A stretch of 64,000 bases of DNA from Acutalibacteraceae bacterium (GTDB taxonomy: Bacteria > Bacillota > Clostridia > Oscillospirales > Acutalibacteraceae), in contig JAZPZT010000004.1 in NCBI GenBank assembly GCA_045544815.1, positions 1,171 to 65,170 of the forward strand, read 5' to 3'. A program made the position numbers and the translations under genes. Positions 1 through 9,027 of this stretch are shown here, piece after piece. The notes under the pieces are model-generated. The model was not told where the DNA came from and did no database searches. It saw only the letters and a program-made list of their open reading frames with translations. Position 1 is the stretch's first letter; each line of letters opens with the position of its first letter.

Positions 1-2
1 CG

Positions 3-794
3 TTGGAGGACATCGGCTACTACTGCGTGGATAATATGCCGCCCGCCTTAATGCCGCCGTTTTTGCAATTGTGCCGTCAGAGCGCCCAGCCGCTGTCTCG
101 TATCGCGCTGGTGACCGACGTGCGTGCCGGCACGCTGTTTGAGGAATTACTGGCGGTACTGCCCTCTATGACCGCATCGGTGGACGTGTGTCAGATTTTG
201 TTCCTGGATTGCAATACCGAGGTGCTGCGCCGCCGTTTTAAGGAGAGTCGCCGCACCCATCCTTTGGCAGGCCCCGAATGCCCTATCGAGCAGGCCTTGG
301 CGCAGGAACGCCGGCTGCTGGCACCGCTGTTTGAGATGGCGGACTATCGGATCGACACCACCTATCTCAACTCCGCTCAGTTTAAGAGCCGTATCTCCGA
401 CCTGTTCCGTGACCAGCCCGACACCGAGATGACGGTGCAGATTATGTCCTTCGGCTTCAAATACGGCTATCCTGCCGAGGCGGACATTATGCTGGACGTG
501 CGCTGCCTGCCCAACCCCTATTACGTAGAAGAATTGCGCCCTCTCACGGGTATGGACAAGGCGGTGCAGGATTACGTACTGGGCAATCCCGACGCCACCA
601 TTTTCCTCGCCCGTTTGCAGGCGTTGCTCACCCATCTGCTCCCTCTGTATCAAAAAGAGGGGCGCAGTCAGTTGGTCATCGCCATCGGTTGCACCGGCGG
701 TAAGCACCGCTCGGTGACCATGGTTAATGAGTTGGCTAAAGCGTTCCCCGACCGCCGCCTGCTGGTATTCCATCGGGATATGGGTCGGGAATAA
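3..794 (+). CDS. rapZ: RNase adapter / nucleotide-binding protein RapZ (YvcJ family), N-terminus outside window
   Basis: The ORF is open at the window edge. The translation (DIGYYCVDNMPP...SFGFKYG...DVRCLPNPYY...IGCTGGKHRSV) matches conserved RapZ/YvcJ motifs. Confidence 0.9.
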   Translation: MEDIGYYCVDNMPPALMPPFLQLCRQSAQPLSRIALVTDVRAGTLFEELLAVLPSMTASVDVCQILFLDCNTEVLRRRFKESRRTHPLAGPECPIEQALAQERRLLAPLFEMADYRIDTTYLNSAQFKSRISDLFRDQPDTEMTVQIMSFGFKYGYPAEADIMLDVRCLPNPYYVEELRPLTGMDKAVQDYVLGNPDATIFLARLQALLTHLLPLYQKEGRSQLVIAIGCTGGKHRSVTMVNELAKAFPDRRLLVFHRDMGRE

Positions 795-815
795 CCACCG
801 AAAGGAGGCACAGCC

Positions 816-1721
816 GTGTCTTTTTCCACCGAAGCCAAAAAAGAAATCGCCGCCCTTATGCCGGACAAGTTGTGCTGCCGCACGGCGCAAATCTACGGCA
901 TGTTAGAGTGCGCCCACGCCTTTTCGGCGGCAGAGATCTCTCTGCAGACCGAGCAGGAGGAGATTGCGGACCTCTACGAACGTATGGTCAGCCGCATTTG
1001 CTCCGTTCCTCGCCCTGTGCGCACCACCCTACGCCGCCGCACCACCCTGTGGCAGAGCACCATCCCCGACGCCCATCTACGCCGACAGGTGCTGGAGCAT
1101 TTCGGCCACGGCGAAAAAGAGGTCTCTTTGCGCCTCAATCGAGCCAATCTGGATTGCGACGCCTGCGCCCGCGCCTATCTGCGCGGCGCCTTCCTCGTGT
1201 GCGGCGCTGTCACCGACCCCGAAAAGGATTATCATCTGGAATTTGCCACCCCTCGCTATCACCTGAGCCGTGACCTGCTGGCCCTCTTCCGCGAGGTCAA
1301 CTTTCCTGCCAAAATCGTCACCCGTGGCGGCAGCTACGTGGTGTATATCAAAGGCAGCGAGGCCATTGAGGACTGCCTGACCTATCTGGGCGCCACCAAA
1401 GCGGCGCTAGAGATGATGGGTGTCAAGATGGTCAAGAGCATCCGCAACGACACCAACCGCCGTATCAATTGCGAGTCCGCCAACATCGACAAGACGGTGC
1501 AGGCCGCCGTGGCACAGGTAGAGGCGGTGCGCCGTATCGAATCCGTTTGCGGTCTTTCCGCCCTGCCCGAAGAGTTGCAGGAGGTGGCTCGCCTGCGGCT
1601 GGACAATCCCGACCTCTCTCTGCGCGATTTAGGCGCGTTACTCGACCCTCCCCTCACCCGTAGCGGTGTCAACCACCGCCTGCAACGCATTCTGAAATTC
1701 GCCGCAGATTTGGAAGATTGA
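816..1721 (+). CDS. whiA: DNA-binding sporulation/cell-division regulator WhiA
   Basis: GTG start follows an AAAGGAGG RBS (801-808). The N-terminus MSFSTEAKKEI..., the LAGLIDADG-like middle and the C-terminal HTH (SGVNHRLQRI) are typical of WhiA, and the position after rapZ fits. Confidence 0.92.
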   Translation: MSFSTEAKKEIAALMPDKLCCRTAQIYGMLECAHAFSAAEISLQTEQEEIADLYERMVSRICSVPRPVRTTLRRRTTLWQSTIPDAHLRRQVLEHFGHGEKEVSLRLNRANLDCDACARAYLRGAFLVCGAVTDPEKDYHLEFATPRYHLSRDLLALFREVNFPAKIVTRGGSYVVYIKGSEAIEDCLTYLGATKAALEMMGVKMVKSIRNDTNRRINCESANIDKTVQAAVAQVEAVRRIESVCGLSALPEELQEVARLRLDNPDLSLRDLGALLDPPLTRSGVNHRLQRILKFAADLED

Positions 1722-1810
1722 GGAAAAATCTTCAAAAATCGATACCTAACCTATACGCAACCTATACCCAACCTATATGTTCACTACATCGTAAGGAGGC
1801 GCTGACGGAC

Positions 1811-4800
1811 ATGGATTTCGTACACCTGCACGTACATACCGAATACTCTCTGCTGGACGGCGCCTGCCGTATCCCCACCCTCGTGGCCCGTGCCAAGGAG
1901 TTGGGGCAGACCGCCCTGGCCATCACCGACCACGGCTCTATGTACGGTGTCATCGATTTCTACAAAGAGTGCAAAAAGCAGGGCATTCGCCCCATCCTCG
2001 GCTGTGAGGTGTACGTGGCCGCCCGCACCATGGCGGATAAGATTCACGGCCCCGACAGCGAATACCACCACCTGGTCCTGCTGTGCGAAAACGAGGTGGG
2101 TTATCAGAACCTGCTGAAACTCGTCTCAGCCGCCTGGACCGAGGGCTTCTACATCAAGCCCCGTGTGGACCACGCCCTGCTGGAGAAATACCACGAGGGT
2201 CTTATCGCCCTCTCCGCTTGTCTCGCAGGCGAGATTCCCCACGCCATCGCCCGCTCGGATTTTTCCGCTGCACGGCAGCTGGTGCAGTGGTATGCCCGTG
2301 TGTTTGGCCCCGACCACTTCTATCTGGAGTTGCAGGACCACGGTCTGCGGGAGCAAAAGGAACTCAACGGCGTGCTCACCCGACTGGGTCGGGAATTCGG
2401 CATTCCCTTGGTGTGCACCAACGACGTGCATTACGTAGGCAAAGAGGACGCCGAAATGCAGCGTGTGCTATGCTGTATTCAGACCGCCACCACCCTGCAG
2501 CAGCCCTCTCCCCTCAACTTTGAAACCGAGGAATTCTACCTCAAATCCGCCGACCAGATGGCGGCTCTTTTCCCTGCCGACGCGGTGGAAAACACCGCCA
2601 AAATCGCCGACAGATGTCAGGTGGAGATTGAGTTTGGCAAGATAAAACTGCCTGCTTTTGACAGCCCGAACGGGGACAGCAACGCCTATTTGGAGCAGTT
2701 GTGCCGTGAGGGCATGACCCGTCTCTACGGCGCCCATCCCGACAAGGCGGTCACCGACCGCTTGGAATACGAACTGTCGGTCATCCGCCGTATGGGATAC
2801 GCCGACTACTACCTCATCGTGGCGGACTACGTGAACTACGCACGCACCCACGATATTCCCGTGGGCCCCGGTCGAGGCTCGGGCGCCGGCAGTCTCTGCG
2901 CCTACTGTATGGGTATCACCCTCATCGACCCCTTGCAGTATGACCTGCTTTTCGAGCGCTTCCTCAACCCCGAGCGTGTGAGTATGCCCGACTTTGACGT
3001 AGACTTCTGCACCGAAAAACGGCAGCAGGTCATCGACTACGTCATCGGCAAATACGGCGCCGACCGTGTGGCGCAAATCATCACCTTCGGCACCATGGCG
3101 GCAAAGGCCGCCGTCCGTGACGTGGCCCGTGCCATGGGTCTGCCCTACGCCGTGGGCGATAAGGTGTCCAAACTCATACCGCGCGGTCTGAATATGACGC
3201 TAGAGCGTGCCCTAAACGAGAGCGAAAAACTCCGTGACCTGCGGGACAGCGACCCGCAGGTGGCCACCCTGCTGGAGATGGCGATGAAGGTGGAGGGCTT
3301 TCCGCGCAACGCCTCCACCCACGCCGCAGGCGTGGTGATTGCCCCTCGCCCCGTGTGCGAATACGTGCCCCTGTGTATGAATCACGAGGCGGTGGCGACC
3401 CAGTATCCCATGAGCAACTTAGAGGAACTGGGAATCCTCAAAATGGACTTCCTCGGTCTGCGCAACCTGACGGTCATCGCCGACGCCGAGAAAATGATTC
3501 AAAAACACACGCCCTCTTTCGCCGTGGCGGATATTCCGCTGGACGATAGACGGGTGTACAAAATGCTGTCGGAGGGCAAATCCGACGGCGTATTCCAGAT
3601 GGAATCCGGCGGCCTTAAACGTGTGCTGATGCAACTGCGTCCCACCCGATTCGAGGACCTCATCGCCGTCATTTCCCTGTATCGCCCCGGCCCGATGGAC
3701 TCCATCCCTCGCTATATTGACAACAGCCGCCACCCCGAAAAGGTGAAATACGCCCATCCCCTGCTTGAGCCGATTCTCAAGGTCACCTACGGCTGTATCG
3801 TGTATCAGGAGCAGGTAATGCAGATCCTGCAGGCGTTGGCCGGCTACTCCTTCGGCCGTGCGGATTTGGTGCGCCGTGCCATGGCGAAGAAAAAGCACGA
3901 CGTGATGGAGAAAGAGCGTGCCATTTTTGTAGGCGGCTTGACGGAAAATGGCGTCACCGTAGTGGACGGTTGCGTGCGCCGCGGCGTCTCCGCCGCCGTG
4001 GCCAACAAAATCTTTGACGAGATGGCCACCTTCGCCTCCTATGCCTTTAACAAATCCCACGCCGCCGCCTATGCGCTGGTGGCGTATCAGACCGCCTATC
4101 TCAAGTGCCTGTATCCCCGTGAGTATATGGCCGCCCTGCTGACCAGCGTGTTGGGCAGCGATAAGGTGGTCACCTATATCCGCGAGTGCGAGCGTATGGG
4201 TATCCCCGTACTGCCGCCCTCCGCCAACGAATCCCACGCCGATTTTGTGGTGGTGGGCGACCACATCCGTTTTGGTCTGCTGGCGGTGAAAAACATCGGC
4301 AGAGGTTTCGTGGACGTGCTGGTGGCGGAGCGAGAGAAAAACGGCCCCTACACCGGCTTCTACCGCTTCTGCAAGCGGCTCTCCGCCCATCGTGAATTTA
4401 ACCGCTTAGGGTTAGACAGCCTGATCCACTGCGGCGCACTGGACGGACTGGGGCTCAACCGCCGCCAAATGCTGCAGATGGCGCCTCTGGTGATGGACCA
4501 GCTGGATAATCAGAGCCGCTACGCCATGGACGGTCAGGTGGGCTTTTTCGACGCGGCAGAGGCCGCAGGCGATACGCCCATCACCCCTCCCGACGTGGAG
4601 GAGGTATCCTACGCCCAACTGCTACAGATGGAAAAGGACGCCACGGGTCTATACCTGACGGGTCATCCCCTGACGCCGTATAAAGAGTATTACAAGCCCC
4701 TGAAATGTGTGCGCCTGGACCGTGTGCTGGCCGCCGTAGAGGAGGGCAGCGATGCCTATCCCGACGGCGCCGCCATCCGCACCCTGTGTATGGTGGGGGC

Positions 4801-5293
4801 GGTGCGTGTGCAGCCCACCAAGTCGGGCGCCAAGATGGCCTATATCCGTGTGGAGGATCTGTACGGCTCCATCGAGATGGTGGTATTCCCCAAGACGCTG
4901 GCACAGTATGAGGAATTGTTGCAGGCAGGTAATGCGGTGCTGATCAGCGGCCGCCTGGACATTCAGGAGGAGGAAGCGCCCAAGCTGATTTGTCAGCGTG
5001 TGGAGCCGATTCCCGACACGCCGCCCGCTATGCCGCAGGCACCTGCGCCGACCAAGGCGCCCAACCCTCGCGCAGGGCTGTATCTGCGCCTGCCCGGCGA
5101 GCATTCCGCGGAGTTTGTAAGCGCTTACAATGCTCTAAAATCAAGCCACGGCACCACACCCGTGTATATCCGTTTTACCGACAGCGGCAAGATGGTGAAA
5201 GCCCCTGCCGACTGGGGTGTCACCCTCACGCCGTCGCTGCTTGCGGCGCTCAAACAGGCCCTCGGCGATGACAACGTGGCTGTGGTGGAGTAA
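1811..5293 (+). CDS. dnaE: DNA polymerase III alpha subunit (DnaE type)
   Basis: PHP motif MDFVHLHVHTEYSLLDG directly follows an AAGGAGG RBS. The ATG at 1811 is preferred over the track start at 1718. Pol III alpha core motifs are present (GPGRGSGAGS, PDFDVDF), and the product is 1,160 aa. Confidence 0.95.
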   Translation: MDFVHLHVHTEYSLLDGACRIPTLVARAKELGQTALAITDHGSMYGVIDFYKECKKQGIRPILGCEVYVAARTMADKIHGPDSEYHHLVLLCENEVGYQNLLKLVSAAWTEGFYIKPRVDHALLEKYHEGLIALSACLAGEIPHAIARSDFSAARQLVQWYARVFGPDHFYLELQDHGLREQKELNGVLTRLGREFGIPLVCTNDVHYVGKEDAEMQRVLCCIQTATTLQQPSPLNFETEEFYLKSADQMAALFPADAVENTAKIADRCQVEIEFGKIKLPAFDSPNGDSNAYLEQLCREGMTRLYGAHPDKAVTDRLEYELSVIRRMGYADYYLIVADYVNYARTHDIPVGPGRGSGAGSLCAYCMGITLIDPLQYDLLFERFLNPERVSMPDFDVDFCTEKRQQVIDYVIGKYGADRVAQIITFGTMAAKAAVRDVARAMGLPYAVGDKVSKLIPRGLNMTLERALNESEKLRDLRDSDPQVATLLEMAMKVEGFPRNASTHAAGVVIAPRPVCEYVPLCMNHEAVATQYPMSNLEELGILKMDFLGLRNLTVIADAEKMIQKHTPSFAVADIPLDDRRVYKMLSEGKSDGVFQMESGGLKRVLMQLRPTRFEDLIAVISLYRPGPMDSIPRYIDNSRHPEKVKYAHPLLEPILKVTYGCIVYQEQVMQILQALAGYSFGRADLVRRAMAKKKHDVMEKERAIFVGGLTENGVTVVDGCVRRGVSAAVANKIFDEMATFASYAFNKSHAAAYALVAYQTAYLKCLYPREYMAALLTSVLGSDKVVTYIRECERMGIPVLPPSANESHADFVVVGDHIRFGLLAVKNIGRGFVDVLVAEREKNGPYTGFYRFCKRLSAHREFNRLGLDSLIHCGALDGLGLNRRQMLQMAPLVMDQLDNQSRYAMDGQVGFFDAAEAAGDTPITPPDVEEVSYAQLLQMEKDATGLYLTGHPLTPYKEYYKPLKCVRLDRVLAAVEEGSDAYPDGAAIRTLCMVGAVRVQPTKSGAKMAYIRVEDLYGSIEMVVFPKTLAQYEELLQAGNAVLISGRLDIQEEEAPKLICQRVEPIPDTPPAMPQAPAPTKAPNPRAGLYLRLPGEHSAEFVSAYNALKSSHGTTPVYIRFTDSGKMVKAPADWGVTLTPSLLAALKQALGDDNVAVVE
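5116..5129. promoter_or_regulatory. cre-like palindrome TGTAAGCGCTTACA inside the dnaE 3' end
   Basis: It is an exact match to the CcpA cre consensus TGWAANCGNTNWCA. The extended 16-mer TTGTAAGCGCTTACAA (5115-5130) is identical to the one at 40207-40222. Confidence 0.5.
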
Positions 5294-5302
5294 GGAACAA
5301 AC

Positions 5303-5337
5303 AAAAAAACCGCTACCCTGACGGGTAGCAGTTTTTT
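5303..5337. terminator. Bidirectional intrinsic terminator between convergent dnaE and the ABC-F gene
   Basis: The stem GCTACCC/GGGTAGC (5312-5329) is flanked by an A-run and a T-run. Confidence 0.8.
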
Positions 5338-5352
5338 CATCTTATGGGGGCA

Positions 5353-6954
5353 TTACTTAATGCCGTTTTGAGATTTCCACTCCAGATAATCGTCGTAGGT
5401 CATCATCTTGTCGATGAGCTTGCCGTCCTTAATCTCCATAATGCGGGTAGCCACCGTCTGAATAAACTGGTGGTCGTAGGAGGAGAACAGCACGTTACCT
5501 GCGAAGTTGGTCAGACCGTCGTTGACGGCGGTGATGGACTCCAAATCCAAGTGGTTGGTGGGCTGATCCAACATCAGCACGTTGGAGCCGTACATCATCA
5601 TACGGGACAGCATACAGCGCACCTTTTCACCACCGGAGAGCACCTTGACCGGCTTGAGCACGTCGTCGCCGGAGAACAACATTTTGCCCAAGAAGCCACG
5701 CAGATAGGTCTCGGTGTTGTCCTTGGACCACTGATTCAGCCACTGAATCAGTGTCAGGTCGCAACCATCGAAAAAGGCGGAGTTATCCTTGGGAAAATAG
5801 GACAGGCTGGTGGTGCCGCCCCATTTGTAAGAGCCGCTATCCGGCTCCAGCTCGCCGGCCAGAATCTTAAACAGGGTGGTGGTGGCAATCTCGTCCTGAC
5901 CCACAAAGGCAACCTTATCGCCCTTATTGATACGAAAAGAGATATTATCCAGCACCAGCACGCCGTCCACCGTCTTGGACAGACCCTCTACGGCGAGAAT
6001 CTCCTTGCCGGCCTCGCGGTCCATCTGGAAGCCCACGTAGGGATAGCGGCGAGAGGAAGCAGGCATCTCCTCCACCGACAGCTTATCCAGCAGTTTGCGG
6101 CGCGAGGTGGCCTGACGAGACTTAGATTTATTGGCGGAGAAGCGCTGAATGAAGGACTGTAACTCGCGAATCTTTTCCTCATTCTTCTTATTCTGCTCGC
6201 GCATAATCTTCTGAATGAGCTGGCTGGACTCGTACCAGAAATCGTAGTTACCCACATAAATCTTAATCTTGTTGTAGTCCACGTCCACGATGTGGGTGCA
6301 CACGTTATTCAGGAAGTGACGGTCGTGGGACACCACGATAACGGTGCCGTCGTAGTCCATCAGGAAGTCCTCCAGCCAGCGGATGGAGTCGATGTCCAGG
6401 TGGTTGGTGGGCTCGTCCAGCAGGATGATATCGGGATGGCCGAACAGAGCACGAGCCAGCAGGATCTTCACCTTCTGCTTGTCGCCCAGAGTGCCCATAA
6501 TATCGTACAGCATGCTGTCGGACAGACCCAAGCCGGAGAGAATCTGGCCTGCCTCGGTCTCCGCTTCCCAGCCGTTCATCTCGGCAAACTCACCCTCTAA
6601 CTGAGCGGCCAGTTCGCCGTCCTCATCGGTGAAATCCTCTTTGGCGTAGAGGGCGTCCTTCTGCTGCATAATCTCAAACAGGCGGGGATTGCCCTGGATG
6701 ATGGTGTCCAGCACGGTCTGGTCGTCATAGGCGAAGTGGTCCTGCTTGAGCACCGACATACGGGTGCGCTTGTCGATGATGACCTCGCCGGAAGTGGGCT
6801 CCAAATCGCCGGACAGGATACGCAGGAAGGTGGACTTGCCCGCGCCGTTGGCGCCGATGACGCCGTAGCAGTTGCCGGGGACAAATTTCAAGTCCACGTG
6901 CTTAAACAGGTCCTGACCGCTGAAATTGATACCCAAATCAGAAACGGTAATCAT
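5353..6954 (-). CDS. ABC-F family ATPase (YbiT-like, two ABC domains, no TM domain)
   Basis: Two Walker A motifs are present (GANGAGKST and a second in the C-terminal half) with an inter-domain linker. The N-terminus resembles E. coli YbiT. The ATG at 6954 follows a GAGGAGG RBS and is preferred over the track start at 6996. Confidence 0.88.
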   Translation of the reverse strand: MITVSDLGINFSGQDLFKHVDLKFVPGNCYGVIGANGAGKSTFLRILSGDLEPTSGEVIIDKRTRMSVLKQDHFAYDDQTVLDTIIQGNPRLFEIMQQKDALYAKEDFTDEDGELAAQLEGEFAEMNGWEAETEAGQILSGLGLSDSMLYDIMGTLGDKQKVKILLARALFGHPDIILLDEPTNHLDIDSIRWLEDFLMDYDGTVIVVSHDRHFLNNVCTHIVDVDYNKIKIYVGNYDFWYESSQLIQKIMREQNKKNEEKIRELQSFIQRFSANKSKSRQATSRRKLLDKLSVEEMPASSRRYPYVGFQMDREAGKEILAVEGLSKTVDGVLVLDNISFRINKGDKVAFVGQDEIATTTLFKILAGELEPDSGSYKWGGTTSLSYFPKDNSAFFDGCDLTLIQWLNQWSKDNTETYLRGFLGKMLFSGDDVLKPVKVLSGGEKVRCMLSRMMMYGSNVLMLDQPTNHLDLESITAVNDGLTNFAGNVLFSSYDHQFIQTVATRIMEIKDGKLIDKMMTYDDYLEWKSQNGIK

Positions 6955-7004
6955 AGAAATATCCTCCTCAATCGGTAGTGGGAGCGCATAGCGCATACGA
7001 ATAT

Positions 7005-7033
7005 AGTGTAACAGAAAGGCGCAGGAAAATCAA
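7005..7033 (-). promoter_or_regulatory. Candidate sigma-A promoter of the ABC-F gene
   Basis: On the minus strand: TTGATT, a 17-nt spacer, then TACACT. Confidence 0.4.
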
Positions 7034-7038
7034 GGTGG

Positions 7039-7077
7039 CAAAACAGAAAGAAACACCGTGGAAAACCACGGTGTTTC
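7039..7077 (-). terminator. Intrinsic terminator (minus strand) closing a short unit between mntP and the ABC-F gene
   Basis: A 12-bp stem GAAACACCGTGG/CCACGGTGTTTC has a 4-nt loop and is followed on the minus strand by TTTCTGTTTT. Confidence 0.7.
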
Positions 7078-7214
7078 GTGTATTATGTGCAATTTAGAAG
7101 TTTGTCTTGTCCAAAACGTATTCGATTTTGCCGTCGCAGACGGTGAAAGATGCGTCGTTTATCGGCGTACCATCCCCTTTTGTTGAAAATTCGGTACTCC
7201 TCCAAAAAGCAAGG

Positions 7215-7250
7215 AAATAGAATAAAAGCACCGAATTATCTATTCGGTGC
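7215..7250 (-). terminator. Intrinsic terminator after mntP
   Basis: The stem GCACCGAAT/ATTCGGTGC is followed by a U-rich tail on the minus strand, 14 nt past the mntP stop. Confidence 0.75.
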
Positions 7251-7263
7251 TTTTCACTCAGTT

Positions 7264-7833
7264 TTACCACACGCCCAGACCCTCAAGGAGAATCTTGACG
7301 CCGATGAGGATGAGGATGATACCACCGGCACGCTCGGCGGCAGTGCCGTATTTGTCGCCCACCTTACTGCCCATCCACACCGCCACGGCGGAGATGACAA
7401 AGGTGATGACGGCGATAATCGCCACCGCCACCAGCAATTCGGGCAGAGGTTTATCCAGAAAAGACACGCCGGTGACCATAGCGTCGATACTGGTGGCCAC
7501 CGCCAACGGCAACATCACACGAGGGGCGAAGGAACAACTCTGGCAAGTGCACTCTTCCTCCTCCCCAAAGGATTCACGCAGCATATTGACGCCCACCAGC
7601 ACAAGCAGGGCGAAGGACACCCAATAGGCGTATTGGTCGATGAGGGTGGAGAAGGTGCGGCCGAGAGCATAGCCGATGGCCGGCATTACACCCTGAAATA
7701 CGCCGAAATAGGCGCCTGCAATCAGACAATGATTCAGTTTCACCTTACCCACGGCGAGGCCCTTGCACATAGACACGGCGGCGGCGTCCATGGCGAGGCC
7801 GAGGCCAATCATAACAAAATTGAGAATATCCAT
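7264..7833 (-). CDS. mntP: Manganese efflux pump MntP
   Basis: 189-aa polytopic protein. MDILNFVMIGLGLAMDAAAVS... and a second SIDAMVTGVS repeat are typical of the MntP/YebN family. Confidence 0.88.
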   Translation of the reverse strand: MDILNFVMIGLGLAMDAAAVSMCKGLAVGKVKLNHCLIAGAYFGVFQGVMPAIGYALGRTFSTLIDQYAYWVSFALLVLVGVNMLRESFGEEEECTCQSCSFAPRVMLPLAVATSIDAMVTGVSFLDKPLPELLVAVAIIAVITFVISAVAVWMGSKVGDKYGTAAERAGGIILILIGVKILLEGLGVW

Positions 7834-7852
7834 TGGCGGTCTCCTTTATGTA

Positions 7853-9025
7853 TTACTTGCGCGCCACGCCGCTCTCACGGGCGGCGGCGGCCACGGCGGC
7901 GGCCACGGTGGGGCCCACACGAGGGTCAAAGGCACGGGGCAGGATATAGTCCGCCGCCAGCTCCTCCTCCCCTACCAGCGAGGCGATGGCGTGGCTGGCC
8001 GCCAGCTTCATCTCCTCGTTGATGTCCGAGGCACGCACGTCCAGCGCACCGCGGAAAATACCGGGGAAGGCCAAGACATTGTTAATCTGATTGGGGAAAT
8101 CCGAGCGGCCCGTGCCCACCACGGCAGCGCCTGCCGCCAGAGCCAAGTCGGGCATAATCTCCGGCACGGGGTTGGCCATAGGGAATACGATGGCGCCGTC
8201 TGCCATTGAGGACACCATCTCAGGTGTGACGATATGAGGTGCCGACACGCCGATAAACACGTCGGCGTCCGCCATAGCGTCCGCCAGCGTGCCACGCAGG
8301 CAGGCGGCGTTGGTGAGGGCGGCAATCGCCGTATGTGCCCCATTATCGTATGCATCCTCACGGGTAAGAATGCCACACTTATCGCACATAATCAAATTTT
8401 TGACGCCCAAGCGGAGCAGATGATGGGCGATGGCGATGCCTGCCGAGCCGGCGCCGTTGATGACGCAACGCACGGTGCCGATATCCTTACCCACCACCTT
8501 GAGGGCGTTGAGCAGGGCGGCGCCCACCACGATGGCGGTGCCGTGCTGATCGTCGTGAAAGACGGGAATATCGCACAATTCCTTAAGCCGCTGCTCAATC
8601 TCGAAGCAGCGAGGGGCGGCGATATCCTCTAAATTGATACCGCCGAAGGAGCCGGACAACAAGTAGACGGTGCGGACGATTTCGTCCACGTCCTTACTCT
8701 TGATACACAAGGGAAAGGCGTCCACGCCGCCAAACTCCTTAAACAGCACGCACTTGCCCTCCATCACGGGCATACCGGCCTCGGGGCCGATATCGCCCAG
8801 ACCGAGGACGGCGGTGCCATCGGTGACCACCGCCACCAGATTGTGGCGGCGGGTCAGGTCGTAGGACAGGGCGGGGTTATCCCGAATGGCGAGGCAGGGC
8901 TGTGCCACACCGGGGGTATAGGCCACCGCCAGTTGGGCGCTGTTTTCCACAGCGGCACGGGAGGTAACCTCAATCTTGCCCGCCCAGTCGAAATGTTGTT
9001 GTAATGGGGTGTTTTGCTCGCTCAT
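7853..9025 (-). CDS. NAD(P)-dependent malic enzyme (short, YtsJ/MaeA-like)
   Basis: Motifs [29 protein letters not shown] and GAGSAGIA are present. The product is 390 aa. Confidence 0.9.
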   Translation of the reverse strand: MSEQNTPLQQHFDWAGKIEVTSRAAVENSAQLAVAYTPGVAQPCLAIRDNPALSYDLTRRHNLVAVVTDGTAVLGLGDIGPEAGMPVMEGKCVLFKEFGGVDAFPLCIKSKDVDEIVRTVYLLSGSFGGINLEDIAAPRCFEIEQRLKELCDIPVFHDDQHGTAIVVGAALLNALKVVGKDIGTVRCVINGAGSAGIAIAHHLLRLGVKNLIMCDKCGILTREDAYDNGAHTAIAALTNAACLRGTLADAMADADVFIGVSAPHIVTPEMVSSMADGAIVFPMANPVPEIMPDLALAAGAAVVGTGRSDFPNQINNVLAFPGIFRGALDVRASDINEEMKLAASHAIASLVGEEELAADYILPRAFDPRVGPTVAAAVAAAARESGVARK

Positions 9026-9027
9026 AA

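Noticed and set aside
7039-7215. Ribosome-stalling attenuator (leader peptide plus terminator) for the ABC-F gene, as in antibiotic-resistance ABC-Fs
   Set aside because: A candidate promoter (7005-7033) lies downstream of the terminator. The ABC-F also looks like a housekeeping YbiT type rather than an ARE type, and no canonical start codon follows the RBS. I kept it only as an orphan small unit.
7834-7852. Expected yybP-ykoY Mn riboswitch upstream of mntP
   Set aside because: The gap to the upstream malic enzyme gene is only 19 nt, so no riboswitch can fit.
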